Assembly: GCA_963667845.2 (NCBI GenBank)
Contig: CAXXVL010000002.1
Location: forward strand, 864,001 to 928,000
Direction of reading: 5' to 3'
Source of the DNA: Smithellaceae bacterium
GTDB taxonomy: Bacteria; Desulfobacterota; Syntrophia; Syntrophales; Smithellaceae
Length of the DNA: 64,000 nt
Under the pieces are notes generated by a model. That model worked only from the letters and a program-made list of their open reading frames with translations, ran no database searches and was not told the DNA's origin. Made by a program: the position numbers and the translations under genes. Positions 22,111 through 30,590 of the stretch are shown piece after piece. Every line of letters starts with the position of its first letter. Position 1 is the stretch's first letter.

Positions 22111-23316
22111 ATGGCGGGAGCTGAACTGATTGGTCAGGAAGAAATTAGAGAAGTGATGGATGTGCTCGAAACCGGCATTCTGATGCGTTATAATTTTGAT
22201 AAGGAAAGAAAAGGCGTTTTCAAAGTCCGCCAGTTTGAAGAAGAGTTTGCTAAATACTGCGGCGTGAAATATGCGCTCGGTGTAACCTCCGGTTCGTCCG
22301 CGCTCAAAGTGGCGCTGACGGCAATGGATGTGTGTCCGGGCGATGAAGTGCTGGTGCCGGCCTTCACATTTTTGGCGACTTATGAAGCCGTGTTGGAAGT
22401 GGGCGCCATCCCCGTGATGTGCGACATCGACGATACGCTCAATTTTGATCCCAATGAAATTGAAAAGAAGATGACCAAGTACACCAAGGCCGTCATTCCC
22501 GTCCATATGTGCGGTTTGGCAGCGAACATTGACAGGATTATAAAGATTGCCCGCAAGAACAAATTACTGGTGCTGGAAGACAATGCCCAGGGCTGTGGTG
22601 CGAGCTTCAAAGGCAAAAAGCTGGGCGGCTTTGGCGATATGGGAATCTTCAGCTTTGATTATGTAAAAACAGTAACGACCGGCGAAGGTGGGATGGTGAT
22701 TTCCAATAAGAAAGATTTGTATCTCCGGTCGGAATGGTATCATGACCACGGCCACGATCATAATCCCAAAGTCGGCCGGGCGCTCGAAGGCAGAACCATT
22801 CTGGGGTTCAATTACCGGATGAATGAACTGCAAGGCGCATTAGGCTTGGCTCAGTTGAGGAAATTGGATTACCTCATCGGCGAGCAGAAGAAAAATAAAA
22901 AGATAATAATGGACGTTCTTGCCGCAGCCCTCCCGGATGTCGGGTTTCGCGCCAAACGCGATCCGGAAGGAGATTCCGCAACATTTTTGGCGTTTAACCT
23001 TCCGGAAGAAAAAGCGGCGCTCAAATTTCAGAAACTGCTTTCCGCCGAAGGACTCGACACCACCTGCTACAAGAGCAACAAGTGGCACTATGTGCCCAAC
23101 TGGGAACATTTCCTGGCATTTTCCACCGCCAACTCCAAGAAGTTCCCCTTTAAGAGCAAGGACTACAAGGGCAAAGTCAAATATTCCCGCAAAAATATTC
23201 CTTTTGCGGAAGACATTTTAGGCCGCACGCTCGTTATGGGTATTTCCGTGAAGATGAGTCCGGAAAGAATGGACAACATCCGGAGAGCGATCGAAAACGC
23301 TGCCAAAAAAATGTAG
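22111..23316 (+). CDS. DegT/DnrJ-family PLP aminotransferase, KdnA-like
   Basis: FSFDYVKTVTTGEGG (PLP Lys), DHGHDH, LGLAQLRKLD, DPEGDSA, WHY..NW.H as recalled for KdnA. Confidence 0.85.
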   Translation: MAGAELIGQEEIREVMDVLETGILMRYNFDKERKGVFKVRQFEEEFAKYCGVKYALGVTSGSSALKVALTAMDVCPGDEVLVPAFTFLATYEAVLEVGAIPVMCDIDDTLNFDPNEIEKKMTKYTKAVIPVHMCGLAANIDRIIKIARKNKLLVLEDNAQGCGASFKGKKLGGFGDMGIFSFDYVKTVTTGEGGMVISNKKDLYLRSEWYHDHGHDHNPKVGRALEGRTILGFNYRMNELQGALGLAQLRKLDYLIGEQKKNKKIIMDVLAAALPDVGFRAKRDPEGDSATFLAFNLPEEKAALKFQKLLSAEGLDTTCYKSNKWHYVPNWEHFLAFSTANSKKFPFKSKDYKGKVKYSRKNIPFAEDILGRTLVMGISVKMSPERMDNIRRAIENAAKKM

Positions 23317-23363
23317 GTTTCTTTTCCTTCTTTCAGGAAAAGGAAGGCTCAGGAAGGATCTTT

Positions 23364-23398
23364 ACGCCGTGCTGAATCATATCAGCACGGCGTTTTTT
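23364..23398 (+). terminator. Intrinsic terminator
   Basis: ACGCCGTGCTGA...TCAGCACGGCGT followed by a T-run. Confidence 0.85.
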
Positions 23399-23456
23399 AT
23401 CCCGCTCACGCGGGACGAGCGTTAATTCTCTGAAGCTTGCTGCGAGGTTGTTGATT
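23399..23456 (+). repeat. REP-like repeat, copy 2
   Basis: First 21 nt identical to copy 1; last 23 nt match at 22/23. Confidence 0.75.
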
Positions 23457-23481
23457 CTGGGCGAAAGCAAACGCCTCGTCC

Positions 23482-23871
23482 TCAATCCACATCAGCGCCT
23501 CGCTCTAAAAGCAGGGCGCGCAGTACGGATCGGTGACAGTGAGTTTCATCAGCGCAATAGCAGCCTACAGAAAAATTTGTCTGATGCGATAATGCTGCGA
23601 ACAGATCAAACGTTCTGCTGTTCTCCGGCGCAGACATTTCGGCACGGTATTTTCGGAAGAAAATATTCCATTCGCTTTGTGTCTGCGCCGCCTGCCCCTG
23701 TTTCATGGTTTCTGGGCTTGGCGACAGATTCGGGAACCAGACATCGTACCAGTTTTGAGTTGAATACTCGTTTTTCGGGACGCTACGCGGGGGACGCCGG
23801 ACCGTTCCGATACGCAGTCCCTCATTTTCGGATCTGCTTGTTCCCAGACGAATGATCCGTATAGTCATCAA
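23482..23871 (-). CDS. DUF488-like protein
   Basis: RIGTVRRPPR, LSPSPE, CYCADETHCHRSVL; GGAGG RBS. Confidence 0.75.
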   Translation of the reverse strand: MMTIRIIRLGTSRSENEGLRIGTVRRPPRSVPKNEYSTQNWYDVWFPNLSPSPETMKQGQAAQTQSEWNIFFRKYRAEMSAPENSRTFDLFAALSHQTNFSVGCYCADETHCHRSVLRALLLERGADVD

Positions 23872-23883
23872 TCACCTCCCGGG

Positions 23884-24420
23884 TTAGAAAAAAAGCAAGA
23901 AACCGTTGGCAAAATAAAGCAGCCCGACGGCGCCAGAAGCAGCACCGGCCATCCAGACCAGTTTCTTCTTCATCAATGCCGCGATGGATGAAAGCAGAAT
24001 AGCGATTTGCAGAAAGATGACGGCAATGCCGAAAATGCCCGTATGTTTCTGAGCGTCATCCCTTTGCGCCTCCAGCCGCTTTGCTTCTTTGGAGATTTCA
24101 GCTTTTTCCGAGTCATATCTCTTGATCTTCTGGGTATAGATTTCGATTTTCTTTTCGTATTCGGCAACAGCCGCCTTGGACATAGACATCTTGCGGGCTT
24201 TCATCTCCAGTTCCAAAGATTCTTTCTGATTTTCATACAGATATCCTTTGATGCTTTTAGACTGATAATACGCCCACTGGTTGGCGGCCTGCGTCTGGGA
24301 CAACACCGATCTCGTAGAAAAACCGGCGCCTTTAAACGTAGAAAGGGTCGCGCAAACCGCGAAAATAATCGTTGTCAGCGCAAGATAATTCAACCATTTT
24401 TCTTTTGGTTCTTCAGCCAT
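23884..24420 (-). CDS. DUF4337-like membrane protein
   Basis: AANQWAYYQSKSIK, LQIAILLSSIA; three TM segments. Confidence 0.75.
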   Translation of the reverse strand: MAEEPKEKWLNYLALTTIIFAVCATLSTFKGAGFSTRSVLSQTQAANQWAYYQSKSIKGYLYENQKESLELEMKARKMSMSKAAVAEYEKKIEIYTQKIKRYDSEKAEISKEAKRLEAQRDDAQKHTGIFGIAVIFLQIAILLSSIAALMKKKLVWMAGAASGAVGLLYFANGFLLFF

Positions 24421-24442
24421 TCTTAATTCTCCTCCAATAAAA

Positions 24443-25489
24443 TTATTGCCAAAATGATGGATCGATCAAGATTCCGTCCGTGAGATTGACATCCACGAGC
24501 CGAACTTCCTCGATATCCAGTTTTTTCATAAAACCCAAGACCAAGATCAAATTGGAAACGTCTGTATCGGCATACGGGCCTCCGATTTGAGCATCGTCCC
24601 AATCAACCCTTTCTTTTATGGCTTTCATAAGATCCTCTCGGGTATAGGCGGTTACTTTCCCTATTTGTTTTCGGATACTCTGATTGTGCACGCCGCCGAT
24701 GCCGATAACGGTTGATCCCGTCTGATAAAGGTAACTCTTCAACTCATCCGGGACCTCCGAAGCCGCTTCTGTGGCTATATCAAGCGCCGCGTTGAGGTTG
24801 GGGCTGCCGATCGGATTGGGCGATTTTTGCCAGGCTGTTTTGTGATCAATTTTTTCGAGAAGTTGATTTTTAAAAGATATAGAAGCCAAATGTCCGCGAT
24901 AGATCCGATAATACGGATCTTTATCCTTCACAATTATTTGCATAGAATTACCGCCAATATCCCACACGACAATATTTTCCAAAGTGCTTGGGGCTTGTGT
25001 CATTGCAGCCTTGTAGCCCAGGATCGCCTCTTCATCCTGCGAGATCGTTCTAATATTGATTCCGGTCTTTTCATTGATTTCCGCAAGGAACTGAGGAGTA
25101 TTATCGGCCTGTCGAAATGCGGCCGTGGCTACGCCTGCGAAAGACCGCACACCGTGAGCGAGTGCTTCTTTTTTCAAAACGGTCAGCTGTTCCAGACCTT
25201 TGTCACGGATGTCGCGATTCAGCAGGTGATGACGTGTGTTTTCAGCAAAGGGAACTTTGATTTCCTTTTGCTCAATGACCCTGATAACGGACTGAGAGCA
25301 TTTATCTACATTCGCCACTTTCATTTTCATAGTGGCGGATCCGATGTCGAATGCCGCTCGCTGCTCGATGCAAAATTTCTGGGAAAGTGACGAGCATCCG
25401 GTTATTAGAACGATGCTTAAAACTAAAATGAATAGACGAAAACGTGTTTGAGCGGTAAACGACCATTTCTTTATTCTTGTGCCGGGCAT
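24443..25489 (-). CDS. Ppx/GppA-like (ASKHA) phosphatase with predicted lipoprotein signal
   Basis: DIGSAT, ATAAFR, ISQDEEA, DIGGNSMQ; LITGC lipobox; start uncertain (25489 or 25537). Confidence 0.75.
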   Translation of the reverse strand: MPGTRIKKWSFTAQTRFRLFILVLSIVLITGCSSLSQKFCIEQRAAFDIGSATMKMKVANVDKCSQSVIRVIEQKEIKVPFAENTRHHLLNRDIRDKGLEQLTVLKKEALAHGVRSFAGVATAAFRQADNTPQFLAEINEKTGINIRTISQDEEAILGYKAAMTQAPSTLENIVVWDIGGNSMQIIVKDKDPYYRIYRGHLASISFKNQLLEKIDHKTAWQKSPNPIGSPNLNAALDIATEAASEVPDELKSYLYQTGSTVIGIGGVHNQSIRKQIGKVTAYTREDLMKAIKERVDWDDAQIGGPYADTDVSNLILVLGFMKKLDIEEVRLVDVNLTDGILIDPSFWQ

Positions 25490-25778
25490 TTGTTGTGTTC
25501 CTGACGTCGAAGTATTTTCGCCATTCCATAATACCAAACAGGTTGTTTCTTATATTTGCTTGAGTAATGATTGTCAATAACTGCCATTGTGATATAATCG
25601 CACATCTTTTGAGGCAAGGGAAACAAGTCGTTGTCTGAAACCCCGGCGACGAGATTACTTCCCTGGCCGGAGGCCAAATAGCCGCGGTTCAAGTTTGCCC
25701 CTTGTCCTACCGCTGCAAGACACGTGATGCCGAGGATTGTTTGTAGAATCCCAAAGAGTGTAAAAGAGATCATCCGCA

Positions 25779-26213
25779 ATGACAGGGAAAATATTTAGCA
25801 AATCAGGCACTTTTCTTATCATGGTCTTTTTTGTATTTTTGGGCTGTGCATGGGCGCAGCCCAAAAATCAAGCCCGTCCGACAGTCGGCGGCCCCTGTCA
25901 GTATAAAACCTATCCCGGTCAGGCGACAATCATTTCCATTACACAGAGCAAGGACCATAACCAGTCGGAAACTGCACAATTTGAAGTTAAATTCTCATTT
26001 ACCCCTGGTCAGATAATAGAAGAAAAATTTGCCCGCGTCGAGGGAAAGGCATTTAATCTCTACGGAGAGAATTTTCAGTATCCGGACAGGCAATTTTTAA
26101 CAAGAAACAGTATTCATGTCGGCACCGTCTTGGAGGGCTATCTCAATGTGATCGTGTCGGGAACGTGCACGCCGCTGCTGTTTGAATTTCCGGATTTAAA
26201 ACAAGAGAATTAA
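25779..26213 (+). CDS. Exported hypothetical protein
   Basis: Signal peptide (AWA), Cys pair in GGPC and GTCTP. Confidence 0.65.
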   Translation: MTGKIFSKSGTFLIMVFFVFLGCAWAQPKNQARPTVGGPCQYKTYPGQATIISITQSKDHNQSETAQFEVKFSFTPGQIIEEKFARVEGKAFNLYGENFQYPDRQFLTRNSIHVGTVLEGYLNVIVSGTCTPLLFEFPDLKQEN

Positions 26214-26298
26214 AACTGCTGCCCGAAAAAATAACCCTATAGGGGGTTGCTCAGTTATATTAACCATAAAAAAGATCGTCCAGTAAGGAGAGTAGAAT

Positions 26299-27210
26299 AT
26301 GGAAGAGAAGCCCGTAAAATTGTTCAGGCGTTTATCCGGATTGTTCATGGTCTCGCTCGTCGTCATTTTTTCACTTTCAGTGTTGAACAGTTGCGGCAAA
26401 GATACATCTGCCTATGATCCCTACACGGCTTATTTGCAGGCATGTATCGATGCATCCAATATAACACCGAACAAAATATCCAAAAACCTGACGGCGATTA
26501 CTCCGGAAAACACCAATCTGGTCTGGGAAAACGGCGTTGTGGGGTCGCGCGTGTTGGTCGTCAGCTGGGTTGATCAAAATGCCTGCAACATTTATAAATG
26601 CCCTCCCGGAGGCTGTGCGCCAGCGGATACCTGTAAGGAGGGCCGAGAATGTCAGTACAGCCGGGATACGTATGTTACCCTCGCTCCGGAACTAAAGAAT
26701 TTCTTTGCGAAGGAAATCGCCACCCCTATGAGAATTGCACAGCTGCTTGGTTTGCCGCCGACGGATGCGGTAGACAAGGTTTGCTTTTTGGAAATGTGGG
26801 TTTCGCCAAGCGACTTGTTCCGGCCCTCGCCTGATCCCGAGATTACCGATCACGAAGCCCAGATCGATTTCCCGAGCGCAAAATTTAGTTCGCGCTTCCG
26901 TCAATACAGTTCAGCGGAACTGGTATTTGCCGATATGAATTGCGATCCCGAGATGTGTCCTTCGTGTAATGAATGGAATCAGTGCGGATATACAACCTAT
27001 GAGAGCTATATCAAAAATCGAAAAAAATATATCTTTACCACTGCCAAACCTTATCCCTGGACATCTCTGGGCTACACCTATGATTGGGGCAATCCTGTCA
27101 ACCATATAGGGTTGAGCGAATTTGTCGTCAACGGGAAGAAATTCGACGGGAGCAAAATTTCCATAGGCATCAAGGCTGTCACGCTGACGGCGGATTATTT
27201 TATTAATTAA
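26299..27210 (+). CDS. Cys-rich hypothetical lipoprotein
   Basis: AGGAG RBS, lipobox LNSC, motif-like QLLGLPP, LFRPSPDPEI, YPWTSLGYTYDWG. Confidence 0.75.
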   Translation: MEEKPVKLFRRLSGLFMVSLVVIFSLSVLNSCGKDTSAYDPYTAYLQACIDASNITPNKISKNLTAITPENTNLVWENGVVGSRVLVVSWVDQNACNIYKCPPGGCAPADTCKEGRECQYSRDTYVTLAPELKNFFAKEIATPMRIAQLLGLPPTDAVDKVCFLEMWVSPSDLFRPSPDPEITDHEAQIDFPSAKFSSRFRQYSSAELVFADMNCDPEMCPSCNEWNQCGYTTYESYIKNRKKYIFTTAKPYPWTSLGYTYDWGNPVNHIGLSEFVVNGKKFDGSKISIGIKAVTLTADYFIN

Positions 27211-27255
27211 TATCGGGCGCGAAAGCAGACAAGCCCTGGATAACTGGAGGAACCT

Positions 27256-28488
27256 ATGCGACGACATTGTGTTTTCAATTTCTTGCTTATTCCCGCCATC
27301 GTAATTATGACGACTGCGATCGCCATATGCAAAACAGAGGCTCCGCCGATGCTGATGGACGCCCGGCAGAACGTAGCGGCGGAACTTGACCGGATGGATG
27401 CCAGTCTCAAGCAGACAGCACGCGTCCTCGGAACGACCGGGCTGACCGGTGATGCCGCCCGCGAATCACTTAACAAACTTTGCGCTAATTTTGACTACGC
27501 AGTGGACTGCGCGGCCGTTGATATGAGCGGGAAGATGGTCACCATCGAACCGGCGCCGTTTAGTTCGTTCGAAGGAAAGGACATCAGTGACCAGCAGCAG
27601 GTGCGCCGGATCATCAAAACCGGCAAACCGGTGTTGAGCAACGTCTTTCGCGCCGTAGAAGGTTTTCCCGCTGTGGATGTTGAATATCCGGTCGTGACCC
27701 CGTCCGGAAAACGGATTGGTTCGTTGAGCATCCTCATTCATCCGGAAAAACTGATTGGGAATGTTCTCGTTCCACTGATCGCGGGAACGCCTCTGGATGT
27801 CTGGGTGATGGAAAAAAGCGGTCGAATTCTCTACGACCGAGACGAGATGCAAATCGGGCTGAATCTTTTTACAGCCTCTCTGTACAAACCGTATAAAGGG
27901 CTGCTCCACGTCGGTCGACGCATTGCCGCAAACCGGGAAGGAAGCGGCGTTTATAAATTCCGCAGCGACACATCTCCGGAAATTTTGCAAAAGACGGCTT
28001 TCTGGAAGAGTGTATCTCTTTACGGCACGGAATGGCGTCTGGTTGCTATTCATGTGGAACAAAAAGGCCCGACGGGCATCCTCGTTCCGGCAAAAACAAT
28101 GAAGCAGAGATTGGAAGCATTGGCGTCATCACGCGTACTTATTCAAGCGCTGTCTGCCAGAGATAAAATCAAGGGAATGCAGCTATTGAAGGAGTTTTAT
28201 GAAAATACGCCGGGGATATACGCCGTGCAGTGGGTTGACGAAAAAGGGATTAACCGTTTCGGTTATCCGCCGACGAATAGTCTGATTGATTATGACTTCA
28301 ATGCTCTGCGGTCGGAGGAGGATCAAAACATGCTCAAGATGATTGACGCAAGAAAACCGGCGGCGCGGGAAGGACTGTTGATGGAAGGCAGAACCGGTAT
28401 TTTCATATTCGAACCGGTATTCGATCAGGAACGCTACCTGGGGATGGTCTACTATATCCGACTCGCCCAACAGCAGATGCAGCGATAG
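27256..28488 (+). CDS. Exported Cache-domain-like protein without an output domain
   Basis: GGAGG RBS, signal peptide, Cache-like segments (GKDISDQ, KPVLSNVF, GRILYD, WRLV); no second TM segment. Confidence 0.65.
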   Translation: MRRHCVFNFLLIPAIVIMTTAIAICKTEAPPMLMDARQNVAAELDRMDASLKQTARVLGTTGLTGDAARESLNKLCANFDYAVDCAAVDMSGKMVTIEPAPFSSFEGKDISDQQQVRRIIKTGKPVLSNVFRAVEGFPAVDVEYPVVTPSGKRIGSLSILIHPEKLIGNVLVPLIAGTPLDVWVMEKSGRILYDRDEMQIGLNLFTASLYKPYKGLLHVGRRIAANREGSGVYKFRSDTSPEILQKTAFWKSVSLYGTEWRLVAIHVEQKGPTGILVPAKTMKQRLEALASSRVLIQALSARDKIKGMQLLKEFYENTPGIYAVQWVDEKGINRFGYPPTNSLIDYDFNALRSEEDQNMLKMIDARKPAAREGLLMEGRTGIFIFEPVFDQERYLGMVYYIRLAQQQMQR

Positions 28489-28526
28489 GCGTTCGGTCGT
28501 ATAAATTTATACTTTTCGCAAAACCA

Positions 28527-28644
28527 GGGGATCAGGTTGAACCTGGCTCAGATTCTACTCGGGTCCGTGCCGCAAAGAGCGAAGGCACACCCTAAAGAAC
28601 GGCGGGTGTCCGGATAGGATAGCCGGCGGGCCGATCCCGCTTTT
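28527..28644 (+). ncRNA. Candidate structured ncRNA, family unknown
   Basis: Nested helices GGGATC/GATCCC, CTGGCT/AGCCGG, ATTCTA/TAGGAT, two terminal hairpins, 3' T-run. Confidence 0.45.
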
Positions 28645-28717
28645 AAGCTATAACAGGAGAAGAGAGTAACATCAGGCATCGTTTTGGCGCAGGCAGTGAA
28701 AACCGCCGAATGAAAGG

Positions 28718-29065
28718 CTAAAGACTGATCACGTCTTTCAAGGCATTGACGTCGGCGCCAAAAAAAATCTTCCGGCCAATCTGGACGACCGGTCGGCGGA
28801 TGAAACGCGGTTCTGCCAGCATCATTTCTATCATTTTATCGTTTGTGAGTTTTTCTCGATTCATGCCCATCTTTCTGAAGCTGGGGCTTCGGAAATTAAA
28901 CATTTCGGATGCCGGCTTTCCCTGCAATAACTTTTCAATTTCAACACCTGTAAAGGGATCTTTAAAAAAATCCCGTTCAATAATTTCGAGCTTATTTTGC
29001 GAGAGGAACTCTCTCGTCTTACGACAGGTCGTTCACCTGCTCCAGCAATAAAAAAAGACTCTCAT
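28718..29065 (-). CDS. ArsC/Spx-family thioredoxin-fold selenoprotein (UxxC), 115 aa
   Basis: MRVFFYCWSR-TGA-TTCRKTREFL...PRFIRRPVV in one frame; TGA at 29035-29033; hairpin just downstream; selC in the window. Confidence 0.85.
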
Positions 29066-29095
29066 AATTGACCCCATTCACGATGTTGGTGGTTG

Positions 29096-30037
29096 CTATT
29101 TTTTGCCGAGCTGTGCGGCAAGCGCTTTGACCCTATTGAAATCCGGTGTATTGATGACCGCTTTTCTATCGGGGCTTTTCGCGGCCAATTCTTCCATCTG
29201 TTTCACTCTTTCCTCGTTGGGCGGGTGTGTGCTTAAAGCGTCGGAAAGGCTTTTCACCACGCCGTCCCCTCCTTTTCCGCTCTTCTCTATCTGCAAGAGC
29301 TTTTCATAAAATTTACCAACTTCGTTCTTATCATATCCCGTAGCGACTGCATATTTGAAACCGATGCGGTCGGCTTCCATTTCATCTTCGCGGGAATTGA
29401 CAAGGAATGTATATTTCTGTGCGAGCAATCCGCCGCCTGCACCAACAACGCCGCCGATGGCGGCCGCCTTTGCCAGGCACGCGGCATCGCCTTTATCACA
29501 AAGCAAGACTCCCAGACCAAGTCCGGCGGCGGCTCCGACAACCGCTCCGCCCGCCGCATATAGCCATGTCTTATTCTGAGCCTTTTCCATAGCATACATA
29601 CGTTCAGCGGCATGCCGGGCGACAACGTGGCCGATTTCATGGGCGACGACGCCGGCCAGTTCCGCTTCGTTGGAAGCCAGTGCAATGAGCGGCGCCGTCA
29701 CAAACACTGCTCCGGCGGGCATGGCAAATGCGTTGACATCGGCCACATCTACCACGGTGAATGAATAGTGGTAAGGATGACCTTCGAGATTGTTGGCTCT
29801 GACGATCTTCATGCCCAGATGCGAAATATATCTTTGCAGATCCGGATTTTCAGCGGCAGGGAAGTCCTTCGTCATTTTGGGAAGCGCTTCCTTGGTCAGG
29901 CGCTCTTCATCCTGAACGGTCAACTTGGTTTCCTGCCCCAGATTGGACCCTTCACGGTAACGGGAGCTGTTCGTCGGAGCACAGGACAGATTGGACAAGA
30001 GGAGCAATAGAGTCAATACGACAATGCGCTTTTTCAT
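29096..30037 (-). CDS. M48-family zinc metallopeptidase lipoprotein
   Basis: NAFAMPAG, HEIGH, SREDEMEAD, STHP; lipobox NLSC. Confidence 0.9.
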   Translation of the reverse strand: MKKRIVVLTLLLLLSNLSCAPTNSSRYREGSNLGQETKLTVQDEERLTKEALPKMTKDFPAAENPDLQRYISHLGMKIVRANNLEGHPYHYSFTVVDVADVNAFAMPAGAVFVTAPLIALASNEAELAGVVAHEIGHVVARHAAERMYAMEKAQNKTWLYAAGGAVVGAAAGLGLGVLLCDKGDAACLAKAAAIGGVVGAGGGLLAQKYTFLVNSREDEMEADRIGFKYAVATGYDKNEVGKFYEKLLQIEKSGKGGDGVVKSLSDALSTHPPNEERVKQMEELAAKSPDRKAVINTPDFNRVKALAAQLGKK

Positions 30038-30190
30038 GTTTACTTTTCCCCTTCGAGTTATCAGAAAGAAAATCATCAGGGGAGTGCTCTGTCAAGATTT
30101 CGCCGCTCTGCCATATTGAAAGGCAATGTTGAACGAATCAAATAAATGTTACACGCATTGACGGCATCTTGGTGTATAATTAAAATAGAT

Positions 30191-30406
30191 ATGAAATCAT
30201 CACCTCTGAAGATACGGAACGTCGTTGTGGACGATGCAGTGAGTGGACCTTTCCTGTCCTTTTCGCATCTTGCCTCAGCCGTCGATTCGCAGGACATGCT
30301 GGATAACGATCAGAGCGCGGCTTACGGCTTTCCTCAGTCGCAAGAAGAAGATCTTTATGAAACCGGTTATTTATCAAAACTCTTTTTAAGGTGCTGACAG
30401 CCTTAG
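30191..30406 (+). CDS. Small hypothetical protein, possibly ending Cys-Sec-Gln-Pro by UGA readthrough (otherwise ends at 30397)
   Basis: 68 codons ending TGC, then TGA CAG CCT TAG; fills the gap between the peptidase and deacetylase genes. Confidence 0.4.
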
Positions 30407-30590
30407 GGATGCACAGATATCAGGGTTAATAAAGAACGAATTGCCGCTCGCTGATTTTTGATCTTCTTGAGATTGCCGCGTGCCTCACCTTTCGTCCAAG
30501 CCGCTTCGATGTACCTGAATCATTTGCTCTTTAAAATCATTTATGATACACGACCGTCAACTCTGAATTCTTTCTGCAAGTAGGTCATGG

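Noticed and set aside
25471..25779. 102-aa minus-strand ORF
   Set aside because: No recognisable motif; overlaps the start region of the Ppx-like gene.
28561..28630. Resemblance to the ykkC/guanidine-I riboswitch (ACGGCGGG)
   Set aside because: The conserved 3' ACAAAAGCCCGGGAG tail is absent and no plus-strand gene follows.
28718..28927. 69-aa ORF read as a truncated gene or pseudogene
   Set aside because: Better explained as the C-terminal part of a UGA-recoded selenoprotein starting at 29065.
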